A stretch of DNA of 64,000 nucleotides from Hydrolagus affinis (GCA_012026655.1 JAAILG010000418.1:1-64000); one strand, 5' to 3'; counted from the first letter of the stretch, positions 1-56,622 are shown. Program-made: numbers and translations. Notes: generated by a model not told the origin, from the letters alone.

Positions 1-115
1 GCCGCGTTTCGCCCACAAAGATTCAGTCAATTCACTTTACAATGTATTCCGTGAAGCGCTTTGAGACGTGTAGGAGATGTGAAAAGCGCTGTATCAAACG
101 CAAGGATTATTATTG
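1..115 (+). mobile_element. tRNA/Deu-domain SINE, 3' fragment
   Basis: GCCGCGTTTCGCCCACAAA...GTGAAGCGCTTTGAGACG...AAGGATTATTATT shared with other copies in the window. Confidence 0.85.
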
Positions 116-538
116 TTTAAAAAGGGGATTTTCAGCCACTGGAGTGGGGTTGGAACTAATTTCAAACCCTGAGGCACACCAACACTCGGCTAATTCTGAG
201 TTTCATTAAGACAATTGCCAGCCTATATGCACAGATCTCAGCTGGGGGTGGCTGGGGGGTGGGGGGGGGGGGGTAGGGAGGTGCCTATTACTTTACAATT
301 GTCAGAAGACAAAAGCAGCAGCCAAATAAAACCTCCTCACATATATGCATTATCATTTCACCCGAGTTTAGAGACAGTTTTCAGCAGTGCAAGCAATAAA
401 CAAGGTTCACCTACTTTTGAAGGTCTAGTGTTACACAGATGAGTTCTGTCACTGGGAGGTGAGGTAGTCAGTGGACAAGTAGGAATGTGGGAGTCGCGGC
501 TCAGGTTTGTTTTAAGGGGTGACGGAGCCAAAGAGGAC

Positions 539-958
539 GATTTCAAGATCCTCACTCTTGTTTTCAAATCCCTCCGCTCCTCTGTCACCCCTCCTACCTC
601 TCTGACCTCGTCTCTCCTCACAACAGTACCCGTTGCCTTCGCTCTACCGGGTCTGGCCTCCTCCTTGTCCCACAAATTCTTTGTTCCATCGTCGGTGGCC
701 GTGCCTTCAGCCACTATGCCCCGAGGCTCTGGAACTCCCTTCCTCACTCCCTTCGCCTCGGCCCCTCTTTTCCTATTTTCAGGCCATGGCTGGAGACCTT
801 TTCGACCGCAATTTTGGTCACCTTTTTCCCCCCCCTCCCCGCTGGCTCGGACCCGGGATCCGTTGTTATTGTGAAGCGCTCTGAGACGCCGTCTGGAGTG
901 GAGGGTGCTATATAAATCCCAAGTTGCTGTTGTAAATTCAAGTTGTTGTTGTTGACGA
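539..958 (+). mobile_element. L2-clade LINE 3' fragment (ORF2 C-terminus, stem-loop, (GTT)n tail)
   Basis: Frameshifted [11 protein letters not shown]...YLSDL...LRSTGSGLLLVP...GGRAFSHYAPRLWNSLP, typical of L2 ORF2; ends AGCGCTCT...AGGGTGCTATATAAAT then GTT repeats. Confidence 0.85.
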
Positions 959-1062
959 CAGTGGCTTGCTGCTGCGAAACACCCCCCCCCACCCCCCACC
1001 CCCACCCCCCCAAACCCCCCCAGCTCCACACACACAAATAATAGTTTTACAAAACTCATGAC

Positions 1063-1199
1063 TGTTTGTGGGATACTGCTGTACGCAATCTGCCGCACGT
1101 TTTTCTCACAAAAATACACAGTCAATCCACTTTGTAAAACTGTATATCCAGACTTCTCAATGACGTGGTAAGGCACTATACCAAATGCAAGGATTGTTC
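1063..1199 (+). mobile_element. Diverged SINE 3' half
   Basis: TGTTTGTGGGATACTGCTGT...CTATACCAAATGCAAGGATT. Confidence 0.7.
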
Positions 1200-1236
1200 T
1201 AAACTAGAAACATTTTGTTACTTAAGTCCTGACTGT

Positions 1237-1308
1237 TCAGCGCCTTGGGACGTCCTCCCGACGTGAAAGGCGCTCTTCAAATGTAATTTTGTTGTTGTTG
1301 TTGTTGTT
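1237..1308 (+). mobile_element. Minimal L2-type 3' end (stem-loop plus (GTT)n)
   Basis: TCAGCGCCTTGGGACGTCCTCCCGACGTGAAAGGCGCTC...(GTT)n; related copies at 2591, 5193, 22301, 55728, 57205, 62121. Confidence 0.75.
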
Positions 1309-1380
1309 TGGGGGATATTGCATGAGGCAGTTTGAGACAGTTTGACGATGTGACGAGGCGCTGTATTGAAGGATTATCAC

Positions 1381-1540
1381 GTCAGGCATCATCTATGGAG
1401 GAAGGAAAGTGATTCAACATTTTGGGTCCATGACTCTTTGTCAGAACTCAAACTGTTTCCTTTCTTCATAGTTGCTGCCTGACCTGCTGAGTGTTCCCTG
1501 TTGTTGTTTCAGATTTCCAGCATCTGCAGTATTTTGTGTT
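1381..1540. mobile_element. Inverted-repeat relic resembling a Penelope-like pLTR-derived repeat
   Basis: Arms 1381-1408 and ~1456-1484 are reverse complements; GCTGCCTGACCTGCTGAG...TCAGATTTCCAGCATCTGCAG motif; decayed CTGAnGA..GAAA-like core in the spacer. Confidence 0.5.
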
Positions 1541-1640
1541 TTGGCAAGGATGATCATGTTCATCTTTTAGATTTTCTTTATTTGGCACAATTCTCACCCA
1601 AAAAAAGTGTTGGGTTGCACCATCAAACTGTTGAATAGAA

Positions 1641-1949
1641 TAATAATCCTGGCATTTGATATAGTGCTTTAAACGTCTTCTAGACATCACAGTGTGCTTC
1701 ACAGAGTATACTGTAAGGTGAATGGACTGCATATTTGTGGGCGAAACGCAGCAGGCAGCCAATTCCACACAGCTGTGTCCCACAAACAGTCCTGAATTAA
1801 AGTGACCAATTTTATTATTGTTTTTTTCTTGAGGGATTATTATCAGGCATGTGGAGTAAGGAAACTTGCCAAGGTTTCGCCCTGCCGGGAATTGAACCCA
1901 GGTCTCTCGCTTGCAAGGCGAGTGCTCTATCCACTGAGCTATGGGACTC
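1641..1949 (-). mobile_element. tRNA/Deu-domain SINE, near full length
   Basis: Minus-strand head TAGCTCAGTGG (A box)...GGTTCAATTCC (B box), family body, (ATT)n tail. Confidence 0.9.
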
Positions 1950-2590
1950 TGAATGATATTATTGATCCGAATGATTGAATAATAATTATTCAACGCTTTT
2001 CACACAGCTCCATATGATGGATGAAAGGTTAGCAAATGCTGAACTATGATTAAAAATTATTCATGTATTTTTTAAAAAAATTGTGGCATTGAACGAGATG
2101 GCTGGGAGTTGTTTATATGTAAATCTGTATTTAAAGTATATGTAAACTGTTTCATTACTGGATTGCAAGTTATTTTTAAGGTTTTGTGCTTTGAACTTTG
2201 GGTGTCCTATACTTTCCATTGTGATAATTATATTAGCACACATCACACTGTCAATAGACTTCACAGAATGTTATATTTCTGAAGGTCAAGCTGCACGCTA
2301 CGCACTGCTAATCGCTTTTATGCACGAATGAAAGTTAATCAAGCACAGCCAGTACTGTACTAAAAACTCATTTGAGAAACGTTGAAGCCTTCACTACGTT
2401 GATCAGACACCGGCAAGTCGGCACGACATCACAGTAATTTGGGAGACTAAAAGAAAAAGCATATAGGTTGAGAAATCAGAAAATATTCCAGTGAAGGTCA
2501 GATACTTACACCTGAAATCTTAACCTTGTTTCCCCTTTCAGATGCTAACTGACCTGTAATATGTAATAGCATCTATTTCAACCAATGCTC

Positions 2591-2668
2591 TCAGCACTTC
2601 GGGACGTCCTCCCGACGTGAAAGGCGCTCTATAAATGTAATTTGGTTGTTGTTTTGTTGTTGTTGTTA
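2591..2668 (+). mobile_element. Minimal L2-type 3' end (stem-loop plus (GTT)n)
   Basis: Near-identical to 1237-1308. Confidence 0.75.
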
Positions 2669-3626
2669 TTGCTTTAATTTGTGTCGACGTTCATATTCTT
2701 TGCACATGAAGTTATGCAATATTGTAAACCTGATACACGGAATGCAGATATTAATAATAATAAGTACATCTCCAGAAACCATTTCATCTGCGTTCTACAG
2801 GGCCCTGACATGAAAGACACTGTACTGTTCAAATGCAATTTGTTGTTGTTGTTGCTGGTGTTGCAATTCCAATCGTATAATACTGCTATAAAACTGTGTT
2901 ATCAGCTATAACACTGATGTGTGAAGATGTACAATTGTCAGTACCCATTCACAGCCTCCACTCTTGCCCTCATTGCCAGCTGTCAAAGCACACGTGTTAT
3001 CCAGTCAGGAAGTGTGATGAGAGAGAAGAATCAGCCCTTTATTATATTGCCGCAGATAATTGCGTGCAGCTTTATATATCTTGTACAAATCCAAGCATAA
3101 TCAATTCAATGTATTTTCAATTACCTACTGTTAATTAAGATTGTTAAAATAAAATACCCTCAAAGCTTTGCTCTGCAAGGCATCAAAGCTCTGTCCTGGT
3201 TGACTTATGCTTTTCCCGTCCCCTGATGTCCCTTCCCTTGACGGATACAATTTTGATTGGAAATGGTGCCCGAAGCATTGAGGTTTCGCTCGCTGTGACA
3301 ATGGAGCCTTCAAGCCTGAAATAACTACTTAGAGAATGTCTCAACGGCAGCGCATGACTGTACTCTGAAGCAGAAGCTTGGTTAGTTCAGCGTGCAATGA
3401 AATCCAATAGGCTTTGTGAAAATACGGTCCGCAAACAAACCTTTCAGAAAAAAAAACGTTTTCTAAATGGATATTAAAATCCAGCTGAAGTCATAGAGCG
3501 TTAGGTATATTATCTGCAAATCTGCAGCACCCTCTAGTGTTTGAATTCGAGCGATTACCCATTCTAACATGGACTTCCTTCTGTACAAGAGCTCTTGGAC
3601 GTTACGCTGCATTTGGGGACGCTATA

Positions 3627-3852
3627 TAATAATAATAATAATAATCCTTGCATTTGATACAGCGCTTTTCACGTCTTCTAGATGTCTCAAGGCGCTTCAC
3701 AGAATATACCGTGCGCAATTGGCTGCCGCGTTTCGCCCACAAATATACAGACAATTCATTTACGGTATATTCTGTGAAGCGCTTTGAGACGTCTAGAAGA
3801 CGTGAAAAACGTTACATCAAATGTAAGGATTATTATTATGATTATTATTATT
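3627..3852. mobile_element. Palindromic double-tailed SINE (two inverted 3' ends)
   Basis: 3627-3712 is the reverse complement of 3762-3852, with SINE Deu-core sequence as the loop. Confidence 0.85.
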
Positions 3853-5192
3853 GTGTTGGCACCATATTGCTTCTTATTCTTGTTTGTAGCATAATAGTCA
3901 GTAAAACACAAAATCCACTGCTGTAATAGTTTCTGGTCCCAATGAATCCTGTTTTTTCAAAGCCACGCGGCATTTTAAGGTCAACCTTCCTTGTAAGTGT
4001 ACCTCTGCTGTAACATTTCCATTTGTCGCGTAAACTAATCTCATGGTCGCTTTAAATTAGGCTGATAATTTAGCTCTGAATTGTGGCCAATTGTTTTACT
4101 ACAGATGCACACCCAGGAAGAACTGGGTCAAGCTTGTCTCACTTAATTTAATTTGGGAGCTTTACAAAGAACATCAGAGTCAGAGGAGCCTTTCATGTTA
4201 ATCCTAAAGATTGGATTGAAGCTCAATCCAAGAGTCAAAAGGACTTGTTTTTTTTAAAAAAAACTTTTCTCCCAACATTTTTAAAAAAATACAGTGCTGC
4301 TAATATTTCCACATCTCAAATACTTCAATTGATTCCCCTATTTACCAAATGTGCAATTTGCATGACACCAACGAATGGCAAGTAAACTCCGAGTGAAAGT
4401 TATTTGATCTATTTATACAAATAGCAAAAACGCCACTGACCTTGGGCTGTGAAATCTATGCCAAGTGTCAGTTTGGCTTAGGTTCATAAGACTCACCCCT
4501 CGAGGGATTATAAGGTCAAAAAGTTGTAGGTTCAAGACTTGAGCTCCTAATCCAGGCTGAAACTGAATAAAATCTTGGATATTCTGTCCTTAAACCAAAG
4601 TCTCCTGGGGTTAAACATCCTAGAGCATTCATTTGCTCTCGTGGCTCTTTAAGTATTTGGTTATTCATAGAGTTCTGGAACAGAATTTGCCATTGATCAT
4701 AGTAATGGATACTGATTTGTCCACGTTTGTGGTTGGACCTGGGTGTCGGGCACACATTGAGTTGTGGTAGCGTTTGCGGTACTGAGGCACAGACTTTTAT
4801 TTAGCATTGAGGGTCCATAAGATCAGGGTCCCCAGTGACACTACAAAGTTTTCAACCACTTAGGAAGCAAGCAGTTTGGACAGATTACTGGCTTTGGTAT
4901 TTCAGGTTATTAATTCGAGGGCAGTTGCATTTCTGATCCACATCTATTACTTGTTAGCAGGATCCAAAATAGATCATTGAATGTTCCTCTCTCTCACTCT
5001 CAGCTCTCCTGATTGTGTAGTTATTTTAATTGGCAAAATATGTCTTGTTGCTCCTGTGCTTTGTTGTTGCCCTCAGGTTCCTCACATGTGAACCTAGACA
5101 ATGAATGACAGAAAGGCTGTTGAGCCATGGAGGATAATGCCGGGATTATTACTATTGTAAGGATATCCCAGATATAGTTGTGCACTCGTTTA

Positions 5193-5258
5193 AACAACAA
5201 CAACAAAATTACATTTATAGAGCACCTTTCATGTCAGGAGGACATCCCAAGGCGCTGA
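5193..5258 (-). mobile_element. Minimal L2-type 3' end
   Basis: Reverse complement of the 1237-1308 element with the same 5' boundary. Confidence 0.7.
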
Positions 5259-5313
5259 AAGAGTGGGCACTTAACAGGTGAAAGAACCATGGCCTCTTTT
5301 TATCTCCGCTCAG

Positions 5314-5616
5314 TAATAATAATAATCCATGCATTTGGTGTAGTGCTTTATCTAGGCGTCTCAAAGCGCTTCACAGAATATAAGGTAAAGTGAATTGATT
5401 GTATATTTGTGGGCAAAATGCAGCAGCCAATTGCATGCGGGAGTGTCCCACAAACAGTGGATTGAAGTGACCAATTTTATTATCATTTTTTTCTTGAGGG
5501 ATTATTATCAGGTGTGTAGAGTAAGGAAACTTGCCCAAGGTGTTTCCCTAACAGGAATCAAACGCAGGTCTCTTGCTTGCAAGGCTCGTGCTCTTACCAC
5601 GAAGCTACAAGACTCC
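5314..5616 (-). mobile_element. tRNA/Deu-domain SINE, near full length
   Basis: Colinear with 1641-1949. Confidence 0.88.
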
Positions 5617-7146
5617 TGGAGCGAGAGGTGTTGAGGTGTATTGTATTACTCAGTGACATATTGAGAGAGGCTCGCCAAACATTCACATGGGCTGAGTTAA
5701 GTCAGTGATCGATCTGTAGTGTGTTTCCAGTTTTTTCATGATTGAAATTTCATGAATTACGTGGTAAATCTAGAGATATTCAATCAAGAACATTTATTTT
5801 GTTGGACAACCATAAAGGTTGGCTGCACTTATCCAAGGTGGATATTAAATAAATGAGGAAGAATGATTTAATGTTCCTCAAACTATTAGGGCCATTTTGA
5901 TTATAATTTGGTGTGGCTCAATTTATTTTTTATTTTTCCTTCATGATCCTCGGTATCCCATTAATCTTAATTATATAATGTCAAGAATATCAGGAAAAGC
6001 ACCATACGGTAATTTAACTTTAATGAAAGCAACTCTGGCACTTCAGACCCCGATTGCAACCAACTGAGCCAAGCTGACATGTCCATCGGTTGACTTTAAA
6101 CCATTTCTGGCAAGACTACAATTTCATCAAGGAGAATCGGGTAAAAATGTTGCAGCGTGCAACATTGCACTAATCTAGTTAAATCAATGGGAATTCGTCC
6201 TCTCGTGTGTCCACGCTACCATTTCTTGATCACTTTGCACCCAAATCTTGCAAAGCCAAAGATTTCCTACAGGAATTATATGGGTCATAATTGGTTTCAG
6301 GCATAAGAACTTTCATGTGCGTGTGTGTAAAAAAAATCACCTTGAAGTCTCCTCCATTGAAAGAACTCAACCGTAGAGACCACAAACAGGGAGGAAACTA
6401 ACTTATTAATGAACATAAAGATAGTTTTTTATTTGCATGGTTTTTTTTCATTTCCCCTTTGTGCTGAAAAGCTTACGCAGCAGGCATTTTGAGAAATCAC
6501 AATTAGAAAACAGATTATTTTTTCCAATTGTTGTTTGTATAGACTGTATGACATTTTTTTTTCTCTAATCACATTTAAAATTACATTCCTGTAGAGCAGG
6601 TTAAAAGGAGCAACCTTTTGTTGTTATTAATGCTTTAATATGCTGATATTACATTTGTTTATGCAATTTATATGTACTTCGAACCAATTATATCTAAGAA
6701 GAACGTAAAGCAAGTAAAGCAAGCGTGTTAAATATTTTTCGAACAAAATTGAAAACAATTTGATTCCCAAAGCGCATTTTGCCAGACCAATGTAATCCCT
6801 TTTTACAAGTAACGTAGAATCATGAGGAAACAAGCATGAATGTGGTGAGCAATTAATCTGTGAGACAATCCATTTGTGGTGTTTGGCAATGGCAGAGATT
6901 AAAACGCCTTTTAAAGCCTGCACATGAGGGCGTGAATCGTGGAGATCTGGGAATGTTCTTCCCAAGGTTGTTGATCAAATATGTTTTAAGATCAAGGAAC
7001 AGTTACAGATTACTTTCGCTTGACAGAAGCAATATGTGGGATGGAATCCATGACCAGAGTACGTGGTAGGTCACCTGGCTGACCTGTGTGTAATTTGGCC
7101 CATCTTGTCTGATCCTCCAGAAGTAGATGGAGTGAGGCAAATCGAG

Positions 7147-7355
7147 TACAGTAATTCAGTCACGCCTGATATGGTAACTCGCGATACTTCATCACTGACT
7201 TAACTTCGTCACTACCACTTAAGTGAATATTCCTGCCAATATCCCGATCGTATTTATTTATGTGTGTATTTATACTTCTGCCTAATTTGCCATTCCGGAT
7301 AACTCGGAACACTGAGCTCTCTACCATTGGATTGCTGAGTTATCACTTTACTGTA
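7147..7355. mobile_element. Possible Tc1/mariner-pogo type MITE relic
   Basis: TA|CAGTAA...TTACTG|TA ends with internal GATAACTCG motifs; the terminal repeat match is short. Confidence 0.35.
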
Positions 7356-8299
7356 TTGTTTTTCTTTGCTGAGCAACAAGTTCAATAGCGCTAATAAAAC
7401 AGGATGTTACTGCTATTCCTGGACAAATTTTTTTTAAAACAATTAGGATGTAACATAATAAACAAGTAAGTCAAGTTCTGTTTCAAGTGAGGTGTTGCAG
7501 ACTTTACCTTGAAAGAGACCTTGACTTCAAGACAGATAAATTACCTGCTGATTAATGCTGTTGTTTTTTTTAAAATGAATAAGGGAATTCAGTTTCTTTT
7601 CATCATTAAGCTGTTCATTTTGTGGAATTATTTGTGTGACTTCTGAGGGGGGTGGGGGGTTAAGTATTAAATGTGGTTGTTTTGAACCTGTAACGCTGTC
7701 CTTCAAACAATTGAATGACTCACGCTATGGTTCAGAGAAGGTCAATAGGAAAAATCAAGCAATGATTCATGAGGCAAGACAAAGTTGGCAAAGCTGTTTC
7801 CCATTCCCTTGGAAGTACATTTGCAACTGCTATTTTTCCACACAGAACCTGAATTCTTAAAGCCTGCACCCCCACCCAAATATGTAGACTTTCCATCAAA
7901 TTTAATTGCCAGTCAAACCTCAGCAGGTAGCTGCAAAACCTTGCACTATATATAATAGCTCGCAAAAACGTCACTACACTTTATGCTATATCCTGTGAAG
8001 CGCTTTGAGCCATCCTCCCAATGCGAAAGTTCCACAGGAACTGAATGAGGCTCAAGGTGATGAGCTCACGGAGCTTGGAGAAGGAAGGATATGGTCTAAG
8101 ATTCTGAGTAAGCTGGAGCTCTTGGGACAGCATTGCGGAAATCAAGCCTCAAGATGCTGAAGTCACGAATAAATAAAGATTTAGGTTGTGTTATTGGTGA
8201 TATAAGATAGGGGCACAGGTGCACAATACTGCCCGGCCATCTGTTTTTCCAACAAATTTACTGATTTACCTCCCACCGCTCAAGGCACATTCCTAAAGA

Positions 8300-8345
8300 A
8301 ACTTGAAACACATTTGTCTTGTTAAAAAAAGATGGCACATTTATT
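8300..8345 (-). terminator. Polyadenylation signal AATAAA with downstream GU/U-rich element
   Basis: Minus strand reads GCAATAAATGTGCCATCTTTTTTTAAC, then TGTGTTTCAAGTTTCTTT. Confidence 0.8.
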
Positions 8346-10635
8346 GCTACATAAATGTTATATACATAGTGTTTTCTGTTATCGTTGACAGAAAATTTGA
8401 ACTTCTTGCCGTTGGATGGAAAGGTTCATCAACAATACCTTAAATTTGACACGGGTACAAATCTGCATTAACCAACAATGGAAACTTCGAGAACAAGATG
8501 TGAAGCAACTTATCTCAGACATTTAGCTTGTTACAATACTTTATAGGTACTACACGGCTTAGCTAGAACCTACAATGGTCTTCGAATGCTATTTTATTTT
8601 TTGCGGATATTAATGGACAGGTTACGGTAAATAACCCTACAATTTTTCTACCTAATATAGTAAAATAAAGTAAGAAACTTTTTACTGAAAACTTTTGATT
8701 TCAAAAATCTAGAAAGAGTAATATTTAGAATTCAAGATTTTTTTTTTACAAGATTATTGTATAAAAGACTACCTACTGCGAAAAATAAGCCAAATGTTTT
8801 CTTTTTCATGTTGAAGGAAAGCTTTTGGGCATAATCCAAAGTCTATTATAGCCAAAAGGGAAAGAAAGCTTCAAACCAGGCTTAAAAAAAGGCCAGGCCA
8901 TGGCACGTGATCACTTTTGCACGTTTAAGCAACTGGCAGCTCATAGACACTGAACTGATGAACAAGGCCACAGATACAGTAAATTGGGTATTAATTTATC
9001 TTGAATTGCAGTCATAATGAATCAATTATTATGACGAAATCCTACACGAAAATAATTCATTCTTGGAGAATCCTCCCAAAACCATAACATTCCTCGTCTT
9101 CAGTCTGGCTAGACGACTCGTCCGATCGTATTTTTGTTCTTTCTGTTATCTTTGCGAGTGCTCAAAGTAAAGGAACGTATCATTTGTTCATCCTGTTGTG
9201 GGCCAAATGCCGATATATTTTAGACATTCAAACATGAAGCGACCCAAGTCAGCTATTTTCTCTCTTATGCTCATTTTAAGTGGAAGACAGTTTACATGGA
9301 AGCTGAAATGGAAGGGATGCAATTGTTTTTTGTATTAAAAAAAAAGGGAGACAGCGGTTCGGGGTTTGGAAATGCATGCGATTTAAAACTCATGTCAGAT
9401 AATACTATGTTCATTTCAAAGCTCAAGGTAATTACACTATGGACTGCATCATTCTCTCCTGAGCCCACTCCACTGACTAGCCACACAGACAAGGAGATAT
9501 CAAAAACAAAGTATGGTCTCAAAAAGCTGGTGACCCTAGTTCTTTTTCTTCTTTGGACAATTATAAATCAACCTCACAGCTCATTTGTTCATCTTCACGC
9601 TCCAAGCTCTGCTGAAACAAGACGAGCTCACAATCTTCGGAGCCTGAAACCATTGTTTTGCGTTTGTGCTTAATTACAGCAAACACTATTCACGTGTGCT
9701 AAATGTAGTAATTAAGCTGCTTAAAAAAACTAAAGCAATTCTAAAATTAGAAATTTCTCTGATTTGCACGACACATTACAAGTTATGCTACTCGTATGAA
9801 GCCTAAAAAGTTTGTATAATTACAAATAAAACAAATAAGAATGCTTATTTTCTTGAAAGTTTGCTTGAAGGAAATCTACCCATAATCCAAGCTAAGTGAA
9901 GCTATGGTCACAGAACTTGCTCCTGTTCAAATAAAAAGCACATTTAATATAAAGTAAATTGTTTACGACACAGGCATTAACTCAAGATAGGAAAATGTGT
10001 ATATTGTGACTATAACTGTTCAATCATACAGAGAGCAAAAAAAAATTAACAGTCACTCTAACAAGGAATTTTCTGATACATGGAAAATGCTATTTGTGTG
10101 GCCAAAGGAATGGAGATACAATCTCTTCCCTCCCTTTTTTAAGACACTAATAGGTTCTGGGAATGCTAGGTGTTAGAGGCTGTTACTGCTTTGTTCCCTG
10201 CATGTGAACAGCTTTGAGTAGGATGCTAACATCAGCTAGCTGCGAACGAAACTACGATCTTAACAATTCCCTTTCAAAGTAGACCTTAATAGTTCAGTAA
10301 TAATAAATAAAAATTGTCTTAAATGCATTCATCAACCAACAAGTTTAGGCACAAGGCAACGTCCACCAACGGGTGGAACAATTGCAACAGTCTCTGATTG
10401 TGAAGAAGCAGCTCCTTTCACTGGGTTTTGAATGGGCCAAAATTCAGACTCGGGAGAAAATATTTTCAGAGAGATGAACATGACACAATGTTGATCAAGA
10501 GATTGCTTCTCTGGGTCTCTGTTTCTGGTGTTGTGTTTTTCCAACTGTGGCTTTAATGAAGGTTAGTTGGCAGGTTTCCTCGTGTGGAAAGATGATTCAC
10601 TTGTTATTTTACAAAAATGATCCAGAGTTTTTGAC
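8320..10635 (-). other. TCF12: TCF12 terminal non-coding exon (3'UTR, ~2.3 kb)
   Basis: Strong acceptor gctgac-ttttgtttgttcttgtctgcag|G at 10635; AATAAA at 8345-8340; no SINEs recognised inside, unlike the flanks; blocks ~10100-10410 and ~8320-8990 resemble the mammalian TCF12 3'UTR as I recall it. Confidence 0.8.
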
Positions 10636-10979
10636 CTGCAGACAAGAACAAACAAAAGTCAGCAAATTTGTAATCCCTGCAGGTTTCCGCGGAGGTATTT
10701 CTTAAAGATAGTTTTGCTAAGATTAATTCCGAGAGCAAAATTCCCGATTCAATTTCCAATCATACAGCTGCAGTGAACTTAACAGAATGTTCACATGGCT
10801 TACTCTCAACATACCATTTACCATTTTAGAAGTTTGTTGATTAAAACAAATTATTATTTTGCAATGGCGGAAAATACTTTCACAAAATAAATGAGAAAAG
10901 ATGATTACACTTTTCATAATTCTAGATATAAGTTTCTTCTAATGAACAAACTGGCTGCTAATTTCTTCAGGCTCACTCT

Positions 10980-11197
10980 ATTCCACACGCCTAATAATAA
11001 TCCATCCCCCAAAAAACCCACAATAATAAAATTGGTCATTTCAATCCACAACTGTTTGTGGGACACTGCTGTGCGCAATTGGCTGCCGCGTTTCGCCCAC
11101 AAATATATGGTCAATTCACTTTACAGTATATTCTGTGAAACACTTTGAGACATCGATAAGATGTGAAAAGCGCTACATCAAATGCAAGGATTATTTA
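10980..11197 (+). mobile_element. SINE, 5'-truncated, in last TCF12 intron
   Basis: CCACACGCCTAATAATAATCC...GCTGTGCGCAATTGGCTGCCGCGTTTCGCCCAC...CAAATGCAAGGATTATT. Confidence 0.88.
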
Positions 11198-11869
11198 TTC
11201 ACAGGAGGTAGCCATTCATTCCATAGTGTCTGTGCTGGTTTTCCTTACTAAAATCCCAAGTTTCATTTACCCAGCAAACATATCCAGTTTAAACATGCAT
11301 AAGGTACCTTTCTTTTCTTTGTAATTTCAGAATCGTTTTTTTTATATTAAAAAAATCAAGACACCTCTCATTTCAAAGTGAGGATTTTTCAGTAATGTTG
11401 GATCCCAAACAAACAATCTTTGCTTAACCACATCTGCAACATTAAACTGATTATTAACGCTGCTTTTTCACACCCATAATCAATGTAGGGAAAACTGAAA
11501 CCGGGCACTTTTCACAACAGGAAACTGGCATTTTTCACACCAAGAAACTAAGAGGGTGGGTGAGGGGATTAATTATACAGTCATGCATAGAATAACTCAT
11601 TCTCCATTCACTGTGTACAACAGACCCATCTGTTGCTCAGAGGCAATTCATTATTTTCATTCCGTACACACGTCTATCAATTTAAAATATTACGTCGACT
11701 GCATTTGCTTATTTTACAGCTTGTGAGTTTACAGTGAACACGTATCACACATCAAAATGATGGATAGCCTAACTTCCGTAAAAGATTTCATTGCACAGTA
11801 AAGAGAATGGAGTCAGAGCAGCCGTTTGCTCTGCAGTCCGTCCTTCCATTTTTAAATAGTTCATCGTTG

Positions 11870-11980
11870 CTCCACAAATATACACTCAAGTCACTTTACA
11901 GCATATTCCGTGAAGCGCTTTGAGACGTTGATAAGATGTGAGAAGCGCTATACCAAATGCAAGTATTATTATTATTATAA
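11870..11980 (+). mobile_element. SINE 3' fragment
   Basis: GTGAAGCGCTTTGAGACG...CAAATGCAAG(TAT)n. Confidence 0.8.
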
Positions 11981-12139
11981 TAGTCAATCAGGAGAAAGCT
12001 ATTGTCACATGCAATTTGAGCAACTTTCGTCTTTTAAGACCCCAAAATAATTTTAATTGTAACAGTATTAAAGGTGACTTACTGGTGCGTCGAAAGAAAT
12101 TGCATAAGAATTGTATATGCAGAAGAGTACCTGGCAAAT

Positions 12140-56622
<44,483 letters not shown>

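Noticed and set aside
243-280. G-quadruplex-like G runs (also ~33780, ~34350, ~53110, ~60190)
   Set aside because: Poly-G/C tracts are frequent throughout the window and not tied to any specific feature.
358-1176. 272-aa minus-strand ORF and overlapping ORFs
   Set aside because: Antisense shadow of the L2 fragment, a poly-C tract and a SINE; low complexity and no independent coding signal.
1880-1949. tRNA-like sequences with A and B boxes (also ~25530-25610, ~56940-57007, ~58150-58218)
   Set aside because: These are SINE heads continuous with the SINE body and tail, without a complete acceptor stem; not tRNA genes.
7636-7860. ORF containing LNDSR, reminiscent of HEB exon 5 (HLNDSRL)
   Set aside because: Wrong strand and position with no flanking similarity; a chance 5-aa match.
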